Notes: generated by a model not told the origin, from the letters alone. DNA of 64,000 nt from an uncultured Methanosarcinaceae archaeon (GCA_963721455.1 CAVRJG010000039.1:1-64000), one strand, 5' to 3'; positions 19,560-31,137 are shown, counted from the stretch's first letter. Program-made: numbers and translations.

Positions 19560-20462
19560 TTGCATATGGCCATTACGATTGCAGCCATGCCTGCCTATAA
19601 CGAAGCCCACGCCATTGCAGAGGTTATCAAGGGCTGTAAAAAATATGTCGACAGGGTAGTGGTTGTGGACGACGGAAGTACCGATGATACTGTCGATATC
19701 GCTGAATCTCTCGGCGCCTATGTAGTCCGTCACGAAATCAATAAAGGATATGGTGCAGCTCTCAGGAATTGCTTTGAAACTGCCCGTAAGCTCGGTGCAA
19801 ATTCTATGGTCATAATTGACTCTGACGGTCAGCATGATCCCACCGAGATTCCCAAGCTCCTTGAGCCCTTAAAAAATGGGTTTGACCTTGTAATCGGTTC
19901 AAGGTTTGTCAACGGTAACGGTAAGAATGTCCCTATTTACCGTAAATTTGGAATGAAAATCCTTGATGTCGCAACCTATATTGCAGGCGGTCTGAATGTT
20001 ACTGACTCTCAGAGTGGCTTTCGGGCTTACGGACCAAAAGCTATTGAAAATATAAATTTGAATGGCACAGATATGTCCGCAGGCTCTGAAATCCTCATTC
20101 AGGCCAGAGATTACAAATTGAAGTTCACTGAAGTGGAAATCCATTGCAGGTATGACCTTGAAAATTGTTCAAGCGAGCATCCTTTCATACATGGGCCCAG
20201 GGTTCTGTTCCGGATTCTTAAGGACATGGAATATAGACGACCCCTGTATTATTTTTCCGTTCCTGGCATGATCATGGCATCTACAGGCTTTCTTATGGGA
20301 CTGAAATTTTTACAGGATTACTATTTGGGAGGGTCCTTACACTTCGGGCCTACACTTCTTATGGTGATGCTGACAATCATCGGAGCCTTCATGGTATTTA
20401 CGGGAATAATACTGCATGCTATCTCAAGGATGATATTTTTAAACGAGCATATTCGAAAATAA
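19560..20462 (+). CDS. Glycosyltransferase family 2 (DPM1/AglJ-like polyprenol-phosphate glycosyltransferase)
   Basis: PAYNE, VDDGSTD, NKGYG, DSDGQH, GSRF, DSQSGFRAY; 2 C-terminal TM helices. Confidence 0.88.
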   Translation: MHMAITIAAMPAYNEAHAIAEVIKGCKKYVDRVVVVDDGSTDDTVDIAESLGAYVVRHEINKGYGAALRNCFETARKLGANSMVIIDSDGQHDPTEIPKLLEPLKNGFDLVIGSRFVNGNGKNVPIYRKFGMKILDVATYIAGGLNVTDSQSGFRAYGPKAIENINLNGTDMSAGSEILIQARDYKLKFTEVEIHCRYDLENCSSEHPFIHGPRVLFRILKDMEYRRPLYYFSVPGMIMASTGFLMGLKFLQDYYLGGSLHFGPTLLMVMLTIIGAFMVFTGIILHAISRMIFLNEHIRK

Positions 20463-21502
20463 TGATGTCCAAAAGGGGGTCAATTTGTATGGAATACCCT
20501 TTTATCTCAGTCATAGTAGGCATTCGCAATGAAGAAAGATTCATTGAGGAATGTATTGAGTCACTTCTTAATCTCGACTACCCGCGAGATTCTTATGAGA
20601 TTCTTATCGTTGATGGAATGTCCACCGATAAGACGCGGGACCTGGTACAGAAATATCCTGTCAAGCTCCTTCTTAATGAAAGAAAGAACGTTGCTGCGGC
20701 GAGGAATCTTGGTGTGAAGAACGCCAGGGAAGAACTTGTTGCATTTACTGACGGGGACTGTAAGGTCGATCCCCAGTGGTTGAAGACTCTTGCCCGTGAA
20801 ATGCAAAACGCTCCAGAAGATGTTGTATGTTTTGGAGGCCCTAACCTGATCTTTGACACTGACCCTGTATTTGGCAGGGTGGTGGGGTATGCCCAGGAAA
20901 CCTTTTTGGGTTCCGGAGGCTCGGCTCAGTCCAAAAACTCCACAAAAAAGCACTATGTCAATTCTCTCCCTAACTGCAATGCCATGTACAAAAAAAGTGC
21001 AATCCAGGAAGTGGGGGGTTTTGACGAGCGATTTCTGGTAGGCCAGGATGGAGACCTTAACTATAGAATCGGTAAGAAGGGTAACAGGTTTTTGTACATC
21101 CCGGAAGCACAGGTTTTGCACCATAGAAGAGGTACTCTCAAGTCTTTTTCCGTAAGGATGTTTAAATATGGTATGTGGATGGCAGAACTTTTCAAAAAAC
21201 ATAAGGAGTTTATCCGCTGGTATGCGTTTTTGCCTTCGATTGCCATCGTTTTTGCATTCGTCTTGCTTATCGCTTCTATCAACTACTCCACTCCAATCCA
21301 GTTTCTGCTTGCACTGACTGCCATATATTTTATTCTGGTCTTCCTTACCTCGATCCAGGTTGCCTATAAAATGAGATCAAAATACGGTCTTTTTGCCCTT
21401 TTTATCATCCCTGTACAGCACGTTACTTATGGGCTGGGATTTTTGTACAGTTTTACAAATTCCCTTTTTCTCTCAAAAGCAAGGTCTTGCCCGGATATTT
21501 AA
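20462..21502 (+). CDS. Glycosyltransferase family 2
   Basis: RNEE, VDGMSTD, AARNLG, FTDGDC, GGFDERF; C-terminal TM helices; true start may be ATG 20489. Confidence 0.88.
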   Translation: MMSKRGSICMEYPFISVIVGIRNEERFIEECIESLLNLDYPRDSYEILIVDGMSTDKTRDLVQKYPVKLLLNERKNVAAARNLGVKNAREELVAFTDGDCKVDPQWLKTLAREMQNAPEDVVCFGGPNLIFDTDPVFGRVVGYAQETFLGSGGSAQSKNSTKKHYVNSLPNCNAMYKKSAIQEVGGFDERFLVGQDGDLNYRIGKKGNRFLYIPEAQVLHHRRGTLKSFSVRMFKYGMWMAELFKKHKEFIRWYAFLPSIAIVFAFVLLIASINYSTPIQFLLALTAIYFILVFLTSIQVAYKMRSKYGLFALFIIPVQHVTYGLGFLYSFTNSLFLSKARSCPDI

Positions 21503-21699
21503 TGTTTACGAATTTATTTGATCATATATTAGAAAGGGCGACCGAAACACTTGAATAGATATGGGAGACTTTTCAGGGCAAAATATTCTTAATCAATGCG
21601 ACCCTGATGGTAACTCTCATCGGTTCTCAAAAACAAAAATTTGGATACCATATTTATTCAATTTGTGAAATTATGATTATTTAAGGTTATGGAGATAGC

Positions 21700-23673
21700 A
21701 TGTTCGGATTAAGTAAAGAAGCAGGATTCAAGTTAGATAATAACCGTCTAATGAGGTTAATTTCATTTCTGTTTCCTTTAGCTATTATTTTCGCAGTAGT
21801 ATTCACGTTCCTATGGATGTTTGCAGCCGGAAAGCTCGGTTACGCACTTCGGGGACTATTTACAGGAATCCCTGCAATACTGTCCTGTCTTTTTATACTA
21901 TTCATTTACAAAAAAGATGTAAGTCTACATGATATAGACGCCTTTCCATCACTAAATATAAAGTCCCTCACGTATTTATTCGGGATTTGTTATATCGGTT
22001 CCGTGGTTGTGCTCCTTCTGTCTCAGGGAAGCAGACCGCCGTATTATTTCGTCTTTATTTTGGTGCTTTACCTGTCGGTATTCTTGCAGATTTTTTCTAA
22101 AAATGTAAACCCTTCCCTTATCCTGATAGAATCTTTCCTAATTATGGTTAACCTCATTTACAGTGTTACGTTAAATTACGATTTCTACTTCGGAACCACA
22201 GATATCCTGCCCCACATCTTTCTTTCGGAACTTACCGCAATGTCCGGGAAGACAATTCCTACTTCCTTAAGTGACTATGCATACTTCCCCCTTTATCACG
22301 TCTTTATTGCAGAAGCCTCTGAGCTCCTGAATACAAGTATAAAGACCTCGCTCTTTCTGGTAACTGCGCCGATCTATGCAATCACCATAGTCTTTCTTTA
22401 CTATCTTTTCAATCACATAACAAATAACAGGCAAATCTCACTCCTTTCCTGTGTACTTTTCTCCGTGAGTTCTGTGGTGCTCTATTACGGTACAAATGTA
22501 ATCACCCGCACAATGTCATTCATAATGTTCATTGTATTACTCTACCTGATTTATAGTGTCAATTTCAAGAAGGATAAAGTCTCTTTAAAATCCCTCTCTG
22601 TGATCGTTGCGGTCTTTTTAACCCTGGTTCATAATGTTTCCCTGCCGCAACTGGTCTTATTGCTGTTTCTTCTTTTTGTATCGGAATATATAATAGGGGA
22701 CAGCAGCTACATAAGCAAACCTTTCTTTATATTGCTTAATGTCACTTTCACTGCATACTGGTTTTTTGTAGCATACATGTTTGTTCAAAGGAGTCTGGCT
22801 CCCCGTTTGCAGAGTCAGTTCTGGGATTCTATAGTTTTAACTGCCGGCGGTGCAGAAGTGCTTCAGGAAGGCTTGATTAATTTAGTAGGGCTTCTGGATA
22901 AATCCATCTTTTTATTCTTTGCCTTGATAGGAATAGGTTTTCTCCTGAAGAACTACAAAAACAATTACGCTTCCGTGTTCGGGTTATTTGCCCTTTTGAC
23001 CCTGATATTTTATGTCCCCAACCCGCTAAACACTATATGGCAGTTCAAGGTTCTTTTTAGAGTTGACCGGTTTATGCTTTTCGTCAGCCCCTTTATGGCT
23101 TTCATAATGGGATACGGATTGTATATATTCTGGAATTATATGGCTAAATATTCCCCTAAAAAATTCAACTCCGTTTTTTTAGTGATTTTTCTGTTCTCTA
23201 CCTTTGTTTTCGTTTCTTCGGTCTTCAGTATCGGGGATTCGGATTTCCTTGGTCACGAGGCAAGGCATGAATATTTTACTTCCGAAGAGTTGAGCGGCTT
23301 TAAGCATGTTCTCAATTATGTTCCTGCCAATTCCTCAATTTACACCGATTATTACTCCTCAAGGTTTTTTTATCTCCCCCTGATTCCTGCGACCTCCGCA
23401 GAAATGAATCTCTCATCTTATGATAATTACAGAATTGGTGATGTAAATAAACTCTCACAATACAAAGGCTACGTAGTGCTCAGGACCAAGGAATTTCTCA
23501 AGAGTGGCTTATACTTCGGCAGTGAGGAAAGCACCCTAAAAGACACTTCTAACTATTTCTATCAAGGGCTGCCAGAAAATAAGCTTGAGCTGGAAAGCAA
23601 CCTTGCAGTTCTTGATAAAGTTTATTCGAGTCCTTCAACAGACATTTTTATTCCACATCAGGGATTAATATAA
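21700..23673 (+). CDS. Large polytopic membrane protein, GT-C/polymerase-like
   Basis: Many TM segments; G-x2-D-x3-H loop (GTTDILPH) and YFPLYH; paralog of 44798..46747. Confidence 0.6.
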   Translation: MFGLSKEAGFKLDNNRLMRLISFLFPLAIIFAVVFTFLWMFAAGKLGYALRGLFTGIPAILSCLFILFIYKKDVSLHDIDAFPSLNIKSLTYLFGICYIGSVVVLLLSQGSRPPYYFVFILVLYLSVFLQIFSKNVNPSLILIESFLIMVNLIYSVTLNYDFYFGTTDILPHIFLSELTAMSGKTIPTSLSDYAYFPLYHVFIAEASELLNTSIKTSLFLVTAPIYAITIVFLYYLFNHITNNRQISLLSCVLFSVSSVVLYYGTNVITRTMSFIMFIVLLYLIYSVNFKKDKVSLKSLSVIVAVFLTLVHNVSLPQLVLLLFLLFVSEYIIGDSSYISKPFFILLNVTFTAYWFFVAYMFVQRSLAPRLQSQFWDSIVLTAGGAEVLQEGLINLVGLLDKSIFLFFALIGIGFLLKNYKNNYASVFGLFALLTLIFYVPNPLNTIWQFKVLFRVDRFMLFVSPFMAFIMGYGLYIFWNYMAKYSPKKFNSVFLVIFLFSTFVFVSSVFSIGDSDFLGHEARHEYFTSEELSGFKHVLNYVPANSSIYTDYYSSRFFYLPLIPATSAEMNLSSYDNYRIGDVNKLSQYKGYVVLRTKEFLKSGLYFGSEESTLKDTSNYFYQGLPENKLELESNLAVLDKVYSSPSTDIFIPHQGLI

Positions 23674-23695
23674 TTCCTGAAAATTATTTTTTAAG

Positions 23696-23747
23696 GCTTC
23701 TTTTTTATTCTGGTGTCTGTTGCTTCTTTTTTATTCTGGTGTCTGTT
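23696..23747. repeat. 26 bp tandem duplication GCTTCTTTTTTATTCTGGTGTCTGTT x2
   Basis: Read directly; includes T-tracts right after the 23673 stop (possible terminator). Confidence 0.9.
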
Positions 23748-23896
23748 TTTACTTATATGGACGAAGCGGCGCAACAGGTATTCATACAGAAGTAAAGGTT
23801 TTCGTGGATTCCTTATCTTCAATCCAGTGTTTGGGAGTCTGTAATTTACAACAGATTTCAAAATTAAAAAAGGAAGTCAGAGGAGAACTTCAGAAT

Positions 23897-25147
23897 TCAA
23901 TTCAAAGGCTTCTGTAGAAGCTCTGTGTATATGTCCACAGTCTTTTTTGCATGGGTTTCCCAGGTCAGTCCCCTCTGAATTATGCTTTTACGCCCAAACT
24001 TTCCCATCTTTTCTCTCCGGCTTCTATCCTCAAGCAGTTTATTAATTTTTCCGGATAATTCGGCAGGATTTTTTGCTGGTACAAGATAGCCTGTTTCCCC
24101 ATCGACTACGAGTTCCGGAATCCCACCGACGTCTGTCGCTATGACCGGAACTTCACAGGAAAGGGCTTCAAGTACTACATTTGGCCTTCCCTCAGAAAGG
24201 GAAGGCAGCACCAGGATGTCCGAAGCCGAGATCCAGAGCGGTATGTCCTCGTGGTTTACTGGGCCCGTAAATTTAATGCCGTCTGAAATTTCGAGCTCTT
24301 GTGCCCTTTTCTCCAGGCTTTTTCTCATGCCGTCATCCCTGCCTACCATAAAAAGATCGGTATTCGAATCCACAAAATATTTTGCAGCTTCAATCAGGTA
24401 GTCCACACCTTTTATTTTTCTAAGGGCTCCAACAAACAGAACAATATTCTTGTTCTGAGGCAGATTTAGAAGATTCCTTGCATGTTCTTTTCCGGCAGGT
24501 TTGAACTTCTCGGTATCAACGCCGTTTGGAACCACATGGACTTTCTCTTCATTTATTCCCAGATTTACTATGTGGAGCTTGAGATCCTCGCTGACAGAAA
24601 GAATCTTATCTGCAAAATTCATTGCCTCTATGATCTGTTTTGAGGTATAGGAGCCTTCATAAGCAATTTTTCTTTCTATTGTACCTAGCGCACTAATTAC
24701 CAGGGGGACTTTCCATTTCTTTGCAAGCCCTATCATCCCGTATCCGTCAGGATACGAAAAGTGTGCGTGGATAAGGTCTGATTTTGGCTTTATGTTTTTG
24801 ATTGCGTATGCGGAAATAAAATGAGAGTATGAAATCCCTGTTATGGGGTAAAAATATTTTTTTGGCACGGCATACACATAACGCGGATAATGAAGGTCGT
24901 ATTTTTCGGTGTGCTCAATCCGCGGGAGTTTGAAAAAGTTGTGATACGGAAATGCGGAAAAAGGAAGCACGAAAGGTTTTGGGGAAATAACCGTAACATC
25001 TACGTTCTGGTTTGCAATTGAATCAATACTCTGCTTTATGAATGTCCCAAGTTGGGGATAATACCTGTTAGGAAATTCCTGACATACTTCCAGTACTCTC
25101 ATAATTTTTTGCTCTTTTTTCGCTTCGGATGCCTCAAAAGCAGACAA
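23897..25147 (-). CDS. Glycosyltransferase family 4
   Basis: HAHFSYPDG, VPNGVD, KGVDYL, EGRPNVVLEALSCEVPVIATDVGG; likely start ATG 25102. Confidence 0.9.
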   Translation of the reverse strand: MSAFEASEAKKEQKIMRVLEVCQEFPNRYYPQLGTFIKQSIDSIANQNVDVTVISPKPFVLPFSAFPYHNFFKLPRIEHTEKYDLHYPRYVYAVPKKYFYPITGISYSHFISAYAIKNIKPKSDLIHAHFSYPDGYGMIGLAKKWKVPLVISALGTIERKIAYEGSYTSKQIIEAMNFADKILSVSEDLKLHIVNLGINEEKVHVVPNGVDTEKFKPAGKEHARNLLNLPQNKNIVLFVGALRKIKGVDYLIEAAKYFVDSNTDLFMVGRDDGMRKSLEKRAQELEISDGIKFTGPVNHEDIPLWISASDILVLPSLSEGRPNVVLEALSCEVPVIATDVGGIPELVVDGETGYLVPAKNPAELSGKINKLLEDRSRREKMGKFGRKSIIQRGLTWETHAKKTVDIYTELLQKPLN

Positions 25148-25303
25148 AGTAGATAATTAATCCTATAAATACCTCTCTCCAAAATGCATTAAATTTTCAG
25201 TTCTGGGATTCTTGATAGACCGCCCTTCCTCAACTTAAGAAATAATAGATAAAGTTATGGGATAAACTAATTAACCACTTTTGCTATTCTGGTAACGGCA
25301 ATC

Positions 25304-26488
25304 ATGTTTAAAAAAGTAAGTAATATTTTCCTGGTTTATTACGGCTCTTTCAACACTAAATCAGGTTCGAACGTACATATACTTGAACTTCTCAGGAATT
25401 TGAAAAAATACTCAGATGTTGTTATGTTCGCTCCTGGCCAGAAAAGTGCAGATCATGCCTTTTCCGGAATAAAATACGTGCCTGTAATAGACAATAAATA
25501 CCTTGTACAGCCTTCTTACGAATTCATGCTTTCCTTTTACCTTCTTTATTCATGTATAAGAAACAGGCCTGATGTGCTTTATCTCCGGCAGAACTCTTTC
25601 CCGTTTTTCCCCATTATTCTATGTAATATTTTGAAAATCCCGTCAGTGGTAGAAGTCAATGGGCTGGTTCTGGATGAGTTAAAGGTAAATCCTGATTCAA
25701 AATCCTTTGCATACAGAGTCTTTTCTTATCTAGCACTCCGCTCCGAGAAATTAAATTATAGGTACTGCGACAGAATTGTTTCTGTTACGGATAAACTCAG
25801 GGATGAACTTGTGAGGTTATACTCCATTCCTGAAGACAAAGTTTATGTTATCAATAATGGTGCAAATATCGATGTATTCAAGCCCCTGGACTCAGAGCAG
25901 ACAAAAGTAGAACTGGGGCTGGAAAACTCAAAAAAGTATGTATGCTTTGTCGGGCACCTCGCAGCCTGGCAGGGGGTTGAGTTTCTTATTCATGCCTCTC
26001 CTTTGATTTTGGAGAAATGTCCTGATGCCCATTTCCTTGTTGTTGGGGACGGAGTTATGAAGGACAAATTGCTAGAAATAACTTCCGGGTTAGGGCTTTC
26101 GGATAAATTCACTTTCACCGGAAGAATCCCTTACGAACGGGTTCCTCTGTACATTAATGCGGCTGATGTTTGCGTTGCTCCTTTCATCAAGGAAAGAAAC
26201 TCAAAAATAGGACTTTCGGCCTTGAAAACGTATGAGTACCTTGCCTGCGGAAAGCCGATTGTGGCGAGTAGTATCCCAGGTGTTAAAGATTTGATTGAGT
26301 TTTCTGGGGGCGGAATTTCAGTAACTCCCGAGAATCCTGAAGAACTTTCGGCTGCCGTAGTAAGATTACTTTCCGATGAAAATGCCCGAGCCGTTATGGG
26401 GGAAAAAGGCCATAGATATGTCGTTGAGAACAACAGCTGGGACGGAGTTGCAAGAAAGATTCTGGATATGTGCAGAGATATCATTTAA
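25304..26488 (+). CDS. Glycosyltransferase family 4
   Basis: FVGHLAAWQG, LKTYEYLACGKPIV; paralog of 40495..41715. Confidence 0.9.
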   Translation: MFKKVSNIFLVYYGSFNTKSGSNVHILELLRNLKKYSDVVMFAPGQKSADHAFSGIKYVPVIDNKYLVQPSYEFMLSFYLLYSCIRNRPDVLYLRQNSFPFFPIILCNILKIPSVVEVNGLVLDELKVNPDSKSFAYRVFSYLALRSEKLNYRYCDRIVSVTDKLRDELVRLYSIPEDKVYVINNGANIDVFKPLDSEQTKVELGLENSKKYVCFVGHLAAWQGVEFLIHASPLILEKCPDAHFLVVGDGVMKDKLLEITSGLGLSDKFTFTGRIPYERVPLYINAADVCVAPFIKERNSKIGLSALKTYEYLACGKPIVASSIPGVKDLIEFSGGGISVTPENPEELSAAVVRLLSDENARAVMGEKGHRYVVENNSWDGVARKILDMCRDII

Positions 26489-27121
26489 TTAAATTCTTTA
26501 ATGATATCAGTACATACTATGTAAAGATGAATGCTTAACTTTTATACTATTTATTTATTTTCAAAGTTTTCCTAGCTCATTTTCTTTTTTTGAATTTATC
26601 AGCCATGTTTCTCATTAGCAATACTCTGCAGATCGATTTTCTTTTTTTAATTGTCTGGTTTCGTTCTTTCGGTAAAGTAGTGAATATTAATTTTTATTCA
26701 ACAAAATAACAGCAAATATTTCTGTGAATACGCCTCACGCATTTGCTCTGAAACATTGATTTTTTTAATAAATTTCAATAAACGTTTTCTGATGTGGTTT
26801 CCTCGTCCGAGGTATTTATTGCCCATCTCTAATCTTTTCAATAACTCACTAAATATTTAAAAAGGTTGCGCAAATACTTTTATAAGATAATTGTCTAAGT
26901 TACAATGTTGACTATAGAAATTTAATTAGAGGCCAAAAATCAATTTATTCTGTATTTTTTCACGGGGGTATTCGTTTAAATTGGATGAATTGGCCTGAAA
27001 AACATGGGGATTTATTCTGAATTCAGTATTTATAATATGTGATCGGGTTTATTAGCCTCCGCTGTGTATAATTTTTTCAGCACATTTCCTATAGTCTTGA
27101 AGTTCAGAGAGTGTATACTAT

Positions 27122-30100
27122 TTGCAAAATCTTGTCCAATATATCGGAAACAGATTAATAAATTTATATAAACTTTTAGCAAACAGTCATAAATTTTGCG
27201 GAGATGTTGATACGTCACCACACAACCATCTGTCTAACAAAAATACTGATGAATTTTATTATGATCAACCCCAGGTAGTATCAAAGATAAAACGAGAATT
27301 CGGAATTCTTTTCCTGGTAGGTTGCCTTATCCTTGCAAGCGTTCCTACTGCTTTATGCAGGACTACCGCACCAATAGTCTACGTCGCAGGAGACGGTAGT
27401 GGGGACTTTAACTGCGATGGAAAAGATGATCACGTGCAGATAAATCAGGCCCTAAAGTTTGTGGCAGAAAACTCTGAATACACAACTGTCCATCTCAAAG
27501 GACCGTTTACATACACCATTGATGATACTCTTCTAATCGGCAGCAATACAATTCTTGAAGGAGATTCAACTGCTGTGATCAAATTGGTTAATAAGGCAGG
27601 TTGGGCTACAATGAAACCCTTGATCCAGCAGAGGAGCAGCTCCGGGAATAACAACATCATAATAAGAGGGTTCGAGGTTAATGTGAACCATGATGGTAAT
27701 ACCGAACTCGAGAAGGGTGATGGATATTATAATGTAATTTACTTCCTTCACTGCAAGAACGTAACCATATGCAATATGTATATGCACGATGGGCACGGAG
27801 ACGGGATGAGGATAAAATATAGTGAGAACATCCAGTTTTACAACAACACAATATACAAGCTTGGACATGATGGTCTTTATGCCATTAATTGCCAGAACGT
27901 AGAAGCCTGGAACAACCGTATAACCTGCAGGACTAACAGCGCTCTTAGAATATGGAACTCAAACCGCGTAAAATTCCATGATAACATAATAGACTCTTTC
28001 TACCACTGGAGTGCAGGCGGGCCGGGCATCCAGATCGAAAAAGGTGGGCCGAATGCAGGTATTGGGCCGAGTGAAGGTATTATGGATGATCTCGAGATCT
28101 ACAATAATACGATCAATAACACATATGGGCCTGGAATCTGGCTTTTCAACTATGATACCTCTTCTGCTACCAGAGATCAGGGGAAAAATGTCCACATTCA
28201 TCACAATATTTTCTACAGCACAGGCACTAATCCTAACATTCTCTGGGTGGGGGGTATTGTAGCAGGCGGATTCGATGACACTCTCATTGAAAACAATGTC
28301 TTTGACGGTGCATATAATGCAGCCGTTGTCCATATGTATATAACTGGTTACTCCTCAAGTTATTCCCCGAAAGGCGGATACATTACCACCCTCCGCAACA
28401 ATATAATCATAAACACCCGGAAATGCACAGAAGACTCGAGCGGCGGATATGGAGTGATCAACTACTTATCTTCAACACATAAATTTGTGCTGGAAAATAA
28501 CTGCTTCTACAACAACTCAGCAGGTAACTATAATAGCTGCACATCCACAACTGATATTTACGTAAACCCACTATTTGCAGACCAGAAAAATCATGATTAC
28601 CACCTGAAGTCGATATCAGGCCGCTGGAATGGAAAAACATGGGTAAAAGATAATGTAAATTCTCCCTGCATCGACAGTGGGTGTCTTTCCTCTGACTATT
28701 CTAACGAGCCTGAATATAATGGAAACAGGGTTAATATAGGAAGGTATGGAAACACAATCTATGCATCTCTTTCAGGAAACTCGAATCACCCTCCTGTAAT
28801 GGACTCCATTCCCAGTGCTACGGTTGAGATCGGAGAAAATCTGAACTTTATGGTGGAAGCTTCTGATGTGGATGGAGACAGCCTTACATACTCAGCCTCA
28901 GGCCTTCCTGCAGGTGCAGCCTTCAACGGGAAGTCCGGTCTTTTTAGCTGGACTCCTGAAGGTGGGCAGGATGGGTCATACAATGTTTTTTTTGAGGTAA
29001 GCGATGGTAAGCTCAATGATTCTGAGACTGCAAAAATAAGTGTAATCGAAAATGAACTCTCCTGGAATTTCTCTGGAAAGATGTACGATAACCGCCTTCG
29101 TGAAGGTTCTCCTGAAGATGTCTTTCGGGATAAATCGTTTCTCGATGTTGGAGGAATGAGCAGCGGCGGCAGGTACAGGGATGTTATATGGTTTAACGTG
29201 AGCGAATACACCAATGCTACTGAAATCAGCAGTGTAACCCTTTCCCTCTTCTGGTATTATCCGACCAGTTCACGGCCAAATAATACTGTTATTGAGGTCT
29301 ACAGGCCTGTTGCCTGGAACCCGGATTATGTGAGCTGGAATAAAAAGAATAAAGGCATTGCCTGGACTAATTCCGGAGGAAACTGGTATGACAAGAACGG
29401 TGTCTTGCAGGGCAGCACTCCATATGCTACATTAACCCTGAAAGCCAGCAGTTTACCAGATAACAGGTACTATGAGCTCAATGTAACTGACCTTGTAAAA
29501 GATTATGTTAGCGGCAAGTACACAAACACGGGTTTCCTTATAAAAGCTCGCAACGAGAATAACAATTATATTGCTTTCTACAGTTCCGAGTGTGGAAACG
29601 TGAGCCGTGTACCTAAGCTTACTGTTACGAAAAGAGTAACCGTAAATGCGACTATTACTGGCGCAAAAGATAACCGCCTTCGTGAAGCTTCTCCTGAGGA
29701 TGTCTTTTCGGATAAATCATTTCTCGATGTTGGAGGAATGCGTGATGTTGGCAGGTACAGGGACATTCTGTCATTTAACCTGAGTGGATACAAAAGTAAT
29801 ACGCAGGTGAACAATGCAACTCTTTCCCTTTTCTGGTATTATCCTCCCAATTCACGCCCGAAGGATACTGTTATTGAGATTTACAGGCCTGCTTCTGCCT
29901 GGAACTCCAATTATGTGAGCTGGAATAAAAAAGACAAAGGCACTTCCTGGAATAGCGCCGGAGGGGACTGGTATGACAAGAACGGCGTCCTTCAGGGAAG
30001 CACTCCATATGCTACATTAACCCTGAAAGCCAGTAACTTGCCAGATAACAGGTACTGTGAGCTCAATGTAACTGACCTTGTAAAAGAGTATGTCAGTGGC

Positions 30101-30223
30101 AAGTACACAAATACCGGTTTCCTGATAAAGGCCAGTACCGAAAGCAATAACTATATCGCTTTCTACAGTAGTGACTGTGGAGTCGAAAGCCAGAAGCCAA
30201 AGCTGGATCTAGCCTACAGCTAA
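27122..30223 (+). CDS. Disaggregatase-related secreted protein: beta-helix + Ig-like + 2 DNRLRE domains
   Basis: YVAGDGSGDFNCDGKDDHVQINQAL, MHDGHGDG and Asn-rich beta-helix repeats; NHPPVM...GLPAGA Ig-like linker; two literal DNRLRE repeats; true start uncertain. Confidence 0.85.
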   Translation: MQNLVQYIGNRLINLYKLLANSHKFCGDVDTSPHNHLSNKNTDEFYYDQPQVVSKIKREFGILFLVGCLILASVPTALCRTTAPIVYVAGDGSGDFNCDGKDDHVQINQALKFVAENSEYTTVHLKGPFTYTIDDTLLIGSNTILEGDSTAVIKLVNKAGWATMKPLIQQRSSSGNNNIIIRGFEVNVNHDGNTELEKGDGYYNVIYFLHCKNVTICNMYMHDGHGDGMRIKYSENIQFYNNTIYKLGHDGLYAINCQNVEAWNNRITCRTNSALRIWNSNRVKFHDNIIDSFYHWSAGGPGIQIEKGGPNAGIGPSEGIMDDLEIYNNTINNTYGPGIWLFNYDTSSATRDQGKNVHIHHNIFYSTGTNPNILWVGGIVAGGFDDTLIENNVFDGAYNAAVVHMYITGYSSSYSPKGGYITTLRNNIIINTRKCTEDSSGGYGVINYLSSTHKFVLENNCFYNNSAGNYNSCTSTTDIYVNPLFADQKNHDYHLKSISGRWNGKTWVKDNVNSPCIDSGCLSSDYSNEPEYNGNRVNIGRYGNTIYASLSGNSNHPPVMDSIPSATVEIGENLNFMVEASDVDGDSLTYSASGLPAGAAFNGKSGLFSWTPEGGQDGSYNVFFEVSDGKLNDSETAKISVIENELSWNFSGKMYDNRLREGSPEDVFRDKSFLDVGGMSSGGRYRDVIWFNVSEYTNATEISSVTLSLFWYYPTSSRPNNTVIEVYRPVAWNPDYVSWNKKNKGIAWTNSGGNWYDKNGVLQGSTPYATLTLKASSLPDNRYYELNVTDLVKDYVSGKYTNTGFLIKARNENNNYIAFYSSECGNVSRVPKLTVTKRVTVNATITGAKDNRLREASPEDVFSDKSFLDVGGMRDVGRYRDILSFNLSGYKSNTQVNNATLSLFWYYPPNSRPKDTVIEIYRPASAWNSNYVSWNKKDKGTSWNSAGGDWYDKNGVLQGSTPYATLTLKASNLPDNRYCELNVTDLVKEYVSGKYTNTGFLIKASTESNNYIAFYSSDCGVESQKPKLDLAYS

Positions 30224-30319
30224 GGTTTGTATCCTCAAAGGAGATTTCCATAACTTCCGGCCCAATGATCAGGCTATGAGTGACGGATGTTGGGACATCT
30301 CCCTTGTACCAGTAAAAAG

Positions 30320-30497
30320 GGCTCTTCGCTGTTTCGAGTGGGTAATTTATATCCATTTCTAACTATGGAAGTAGCTTGCATAAAATTTAGAAACGTTTGT
30401 TGTTGAAAATCGCAGTCAAGCTCGATGTTTTTCATTTTGGCCGGACAACTGTCTAACTAAGCAATTATTTTCAACCCATACAAAACAGCGAAGAGCC
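30320..30497. mobile_element. 178 bp MITE with ISL3-like ends (copy 2)
   Basis: 15 bp perfect TIR GGCTCTTCGCTGTTT/AAACAGCGAAGAGCC; 8 bp flanks GTAAAAAG/GTAAAAAA. Confidence 0.88.
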
Positions 30498-31137
30498 GTA
30501 AAAAAGCCTATGAATTTTAAGGACTCTCTAATAAGGAAAATCCTTTTAAGTGGAAATACATTAGCTTCTTGATTTCATATGTGCTATTACTTACAATGTT
30601 TCCTTGTCCAGAAACACCATGAAATTTACAGGTCTTGTTAAGGCACGCAACATCAGTAAACTTTGGGTTTGCCCCTCTTTTCCCCATAAATATAATTTAT
30701 TACTATCCATATAATATCAACTGAATACTCCAGGATCTCCTACATGCTACCAAACTTTTATAAAAATTTATCTAAACACAAAAGCTTTATCTTTTGTAGA
30801 AATCTCTTCTTGGGGTTAGTTGGAGCCTGGTTTTTGTTGAAAAGAACGTTGTCGAAATAAACTTAAAGTTAACGCTGAATTTAAGTATAACATCTCCGAA
30901 CTTTCTAATTCGAAATTAAAGGTATTTTGTATGGAAAAAAATTATTGTGGTATGGTTATAAATATAACTTCTACGGAGAGATTGAAACTTGAGAAATATA
31001 ATCAGCGTTCAAAAGGATTTAAATATCAGGCTTTGAATAGAGAGTTGGTCAAATCATAAGAGAAATTTTCGTTAAGACTATTTTCGTAACTTTCTTCAAT
31101 CATAAATCGTTAAAAACGGGATTCCTTTTAAGGTGAT

